In this document: piece after piece, positions 63,401-64,000 of the stretch
Layout of the letters: each line of letters begins with the position of its first letter
Numbering within the stretch: position 1 is the first letter of the stretch
From: Myxococcota bacterium
GTDB taxonomy: Bacteria; Myxococcota_A; UBA9160; SMWR01
Assembly: GCA_050618055.1 (NCBI GenBank)
Contig: JBNLVK010000248.1
Coordinates: 5,788-69,787, forward strand
DNA: 64,000 nucleotides
Direction: 5' to 3'
The notes under the pieces: model-generated
Databases searched by the model: none
What the model was told of the DNA's origin: nothing
What the model saw: only the letters and a program-made list of their open reading frames with translations
Program-made: the position numbers and the translations under genes

Positions 63401-64000
63401 GTGCTGAGATCCCACGCGAAGCTGATTCGCTCCCTGCTGCTGACCCTCGACGTGTTGGTTTCGGCTCTCGTGTTCGTGGCCGCCGCCTCCACGCCGCAAC
63501 TGCTCACCACCACGACCGGCAGCGCCGACGCAGCGAGCCTGCTGGTGCCGGCGCTGGTGGCGTGCCTGGCCTGGCCGCTGATCCTCGAGCAGCTCGACCT
63601 CTACGAGTCGCAGCGCCGCCGCGACACGGCCCACGTGCTGGGAAGGCTCGCACTGGCGGGAAGCATCTCGACGGCGCTGGTGGCCGCCGCGGCCGGCATC
63701 TCCGGCGCGCCGGTGCGGCCGCTGTTCGCGCTGGTGGTGGGCGCCGGCCAGTTCGTGCTGCTCTCGACGCTTCGCGTCACCGCGCTCTCCGGCATTCGCC
63801 TGATGCGCCGCCGCGGACACAACTACCGCAACGTGCTGATCGTCGGCACGGGCACGCGGGCGCGTCACGTGCTCTACCAGCTCCAGCGCCACCCGGAGTG
63901 GGGCCTGCGCGTGATCGGCTTCATGGACGAGCACGACACGCCCCACGACGCGCGCATCCCCGCCACGCGCGTGTTCAAGTTCGTCGACCTCCAGGACATC
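63401..64000 (+). CDS. Exopolysaccharide-type polyprenyl glycosylphosphotransferase (WcaJ/EpsB-like), N-terminal part; continues beyond the window
   Basis: The frame from GTG 63401 is open to the window end and is not in the track because it has no stop. N-terminal TM segments LIRSLLLTLDVLVSALVFVAAA. Rossmann-like NVLIVGTGTRARHVLYQLQRHPEWGLRVIGFMD is typical of the family's CoA_binding_3 region. Confidence 0.8.
   Translation, partial: MLRSHAKLIRSLLLTLDVLVSALVFVAAASTPQLLTTTTGSADAASLLVPALVACLAWPLILEQLDLYESQRRRDTAHVLGRLALAGSISTALVAAAAGISGAPVRPLFALVVGAGQFVLLSTLRVTALSGIRLMRRRGHNYRNVLIVGTGTRARHVLYQLQRHPEWGLRVIGFMDEHDTPHDARIPATRVFKFVDLQDI

Overview
Very GC-rich bacterial chromosomal segment (roughly 70 % by eye, not computed). 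It is densely coding: about 52 protein genes, many with 1-4 nt start/stop overlaps, plus one tRNA-Glu(UUC). I saw no rRNA, CRISPR array, transposase or prophage genes. The taxon cannot be fixed from the sequence alone; gene content looks like a high-GC Gram-negative lineage. Because of the GC content, nearly every real gene is shadowed by long Arg/Ala/Pro/Gly-rich spurious ORFs. I therefore called genes from family motifs, signal peptides/lipoboxes and start-codon context, and trimmed the composite ORFs of the track accordingly.

Layout:
- (1) 1-9.4 kb: housekeeping string mutS(partial)-amidase-glnD-xerD-CCA/polyA-polymerase-like-scpA-scpB-rluB.
- (2) 9.4-16.9 kb: secreted/lipoprotein genes, a CAP-domain protein, a 5'-3' exonuclease, a DUF368 membrane protein, SRAP/YedK, and a DUF3311 + Na/solute symporter pair.
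- (3) 16.9-28.6 kb: a tight eight-gene minus-strand operon. It is headed by an orphan GspE/PilB-type ATPase, followed by a Ycf46-like AAA+ ATPase, a degenerate AAA+ protein, RfbB, a long phosphohexomutase, a YvcK/CofD-like protein, a sulfatase-family lipoprotein and a TMTC-like GT-C/TPR protein.
- (4) 28.7-36.6 kb: AlkA-like glycosylase, SCO1, small lipoproteins, tRNA-Glu with two 99-bp tRNA-derived tandem repeats, an AlkB-type membrane hydroxylase and an FHA protein.
- (5) 36.6-47.6 kb: an operon of a double-VWA protein, two paralogous fusions of an ArsP/DUF318-type permease to an FG-GAP/ASPIC-UnbV propeller, and a PF10118-like protein. A receiver-like/tandem-PilZ protein is encoded divergently.
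- (6) 48.7-56.5 kb: SPFH protein, three ArnT/PMT-like GT-C glycosyltransferases and a frameshifted STT3/PglB/AglB-like oligosaccharyltransferase with a non-canonical WWDYG motif.
- (7) 56.5-64 kb: lpdA, esterase, Ada-AlkA fusion, a UbiA-type decaprenyl-phosphate phosphoribosyltransferase-like gene, an ExeA-like ATPase and the start of a polyprenyl glycosylphosphotransferase (edge of an EPS locus).

Best candidates for something new are the permease::propeller/VWA/PF10118/PilZ locus, the GT-C + STT3-like cluster, the orphan GspE + AAA/pseudo-AAA sugar operon, and the tRNA-Glu-derived repeats. All family assignments come from motif recognition by eye; no database search was run.
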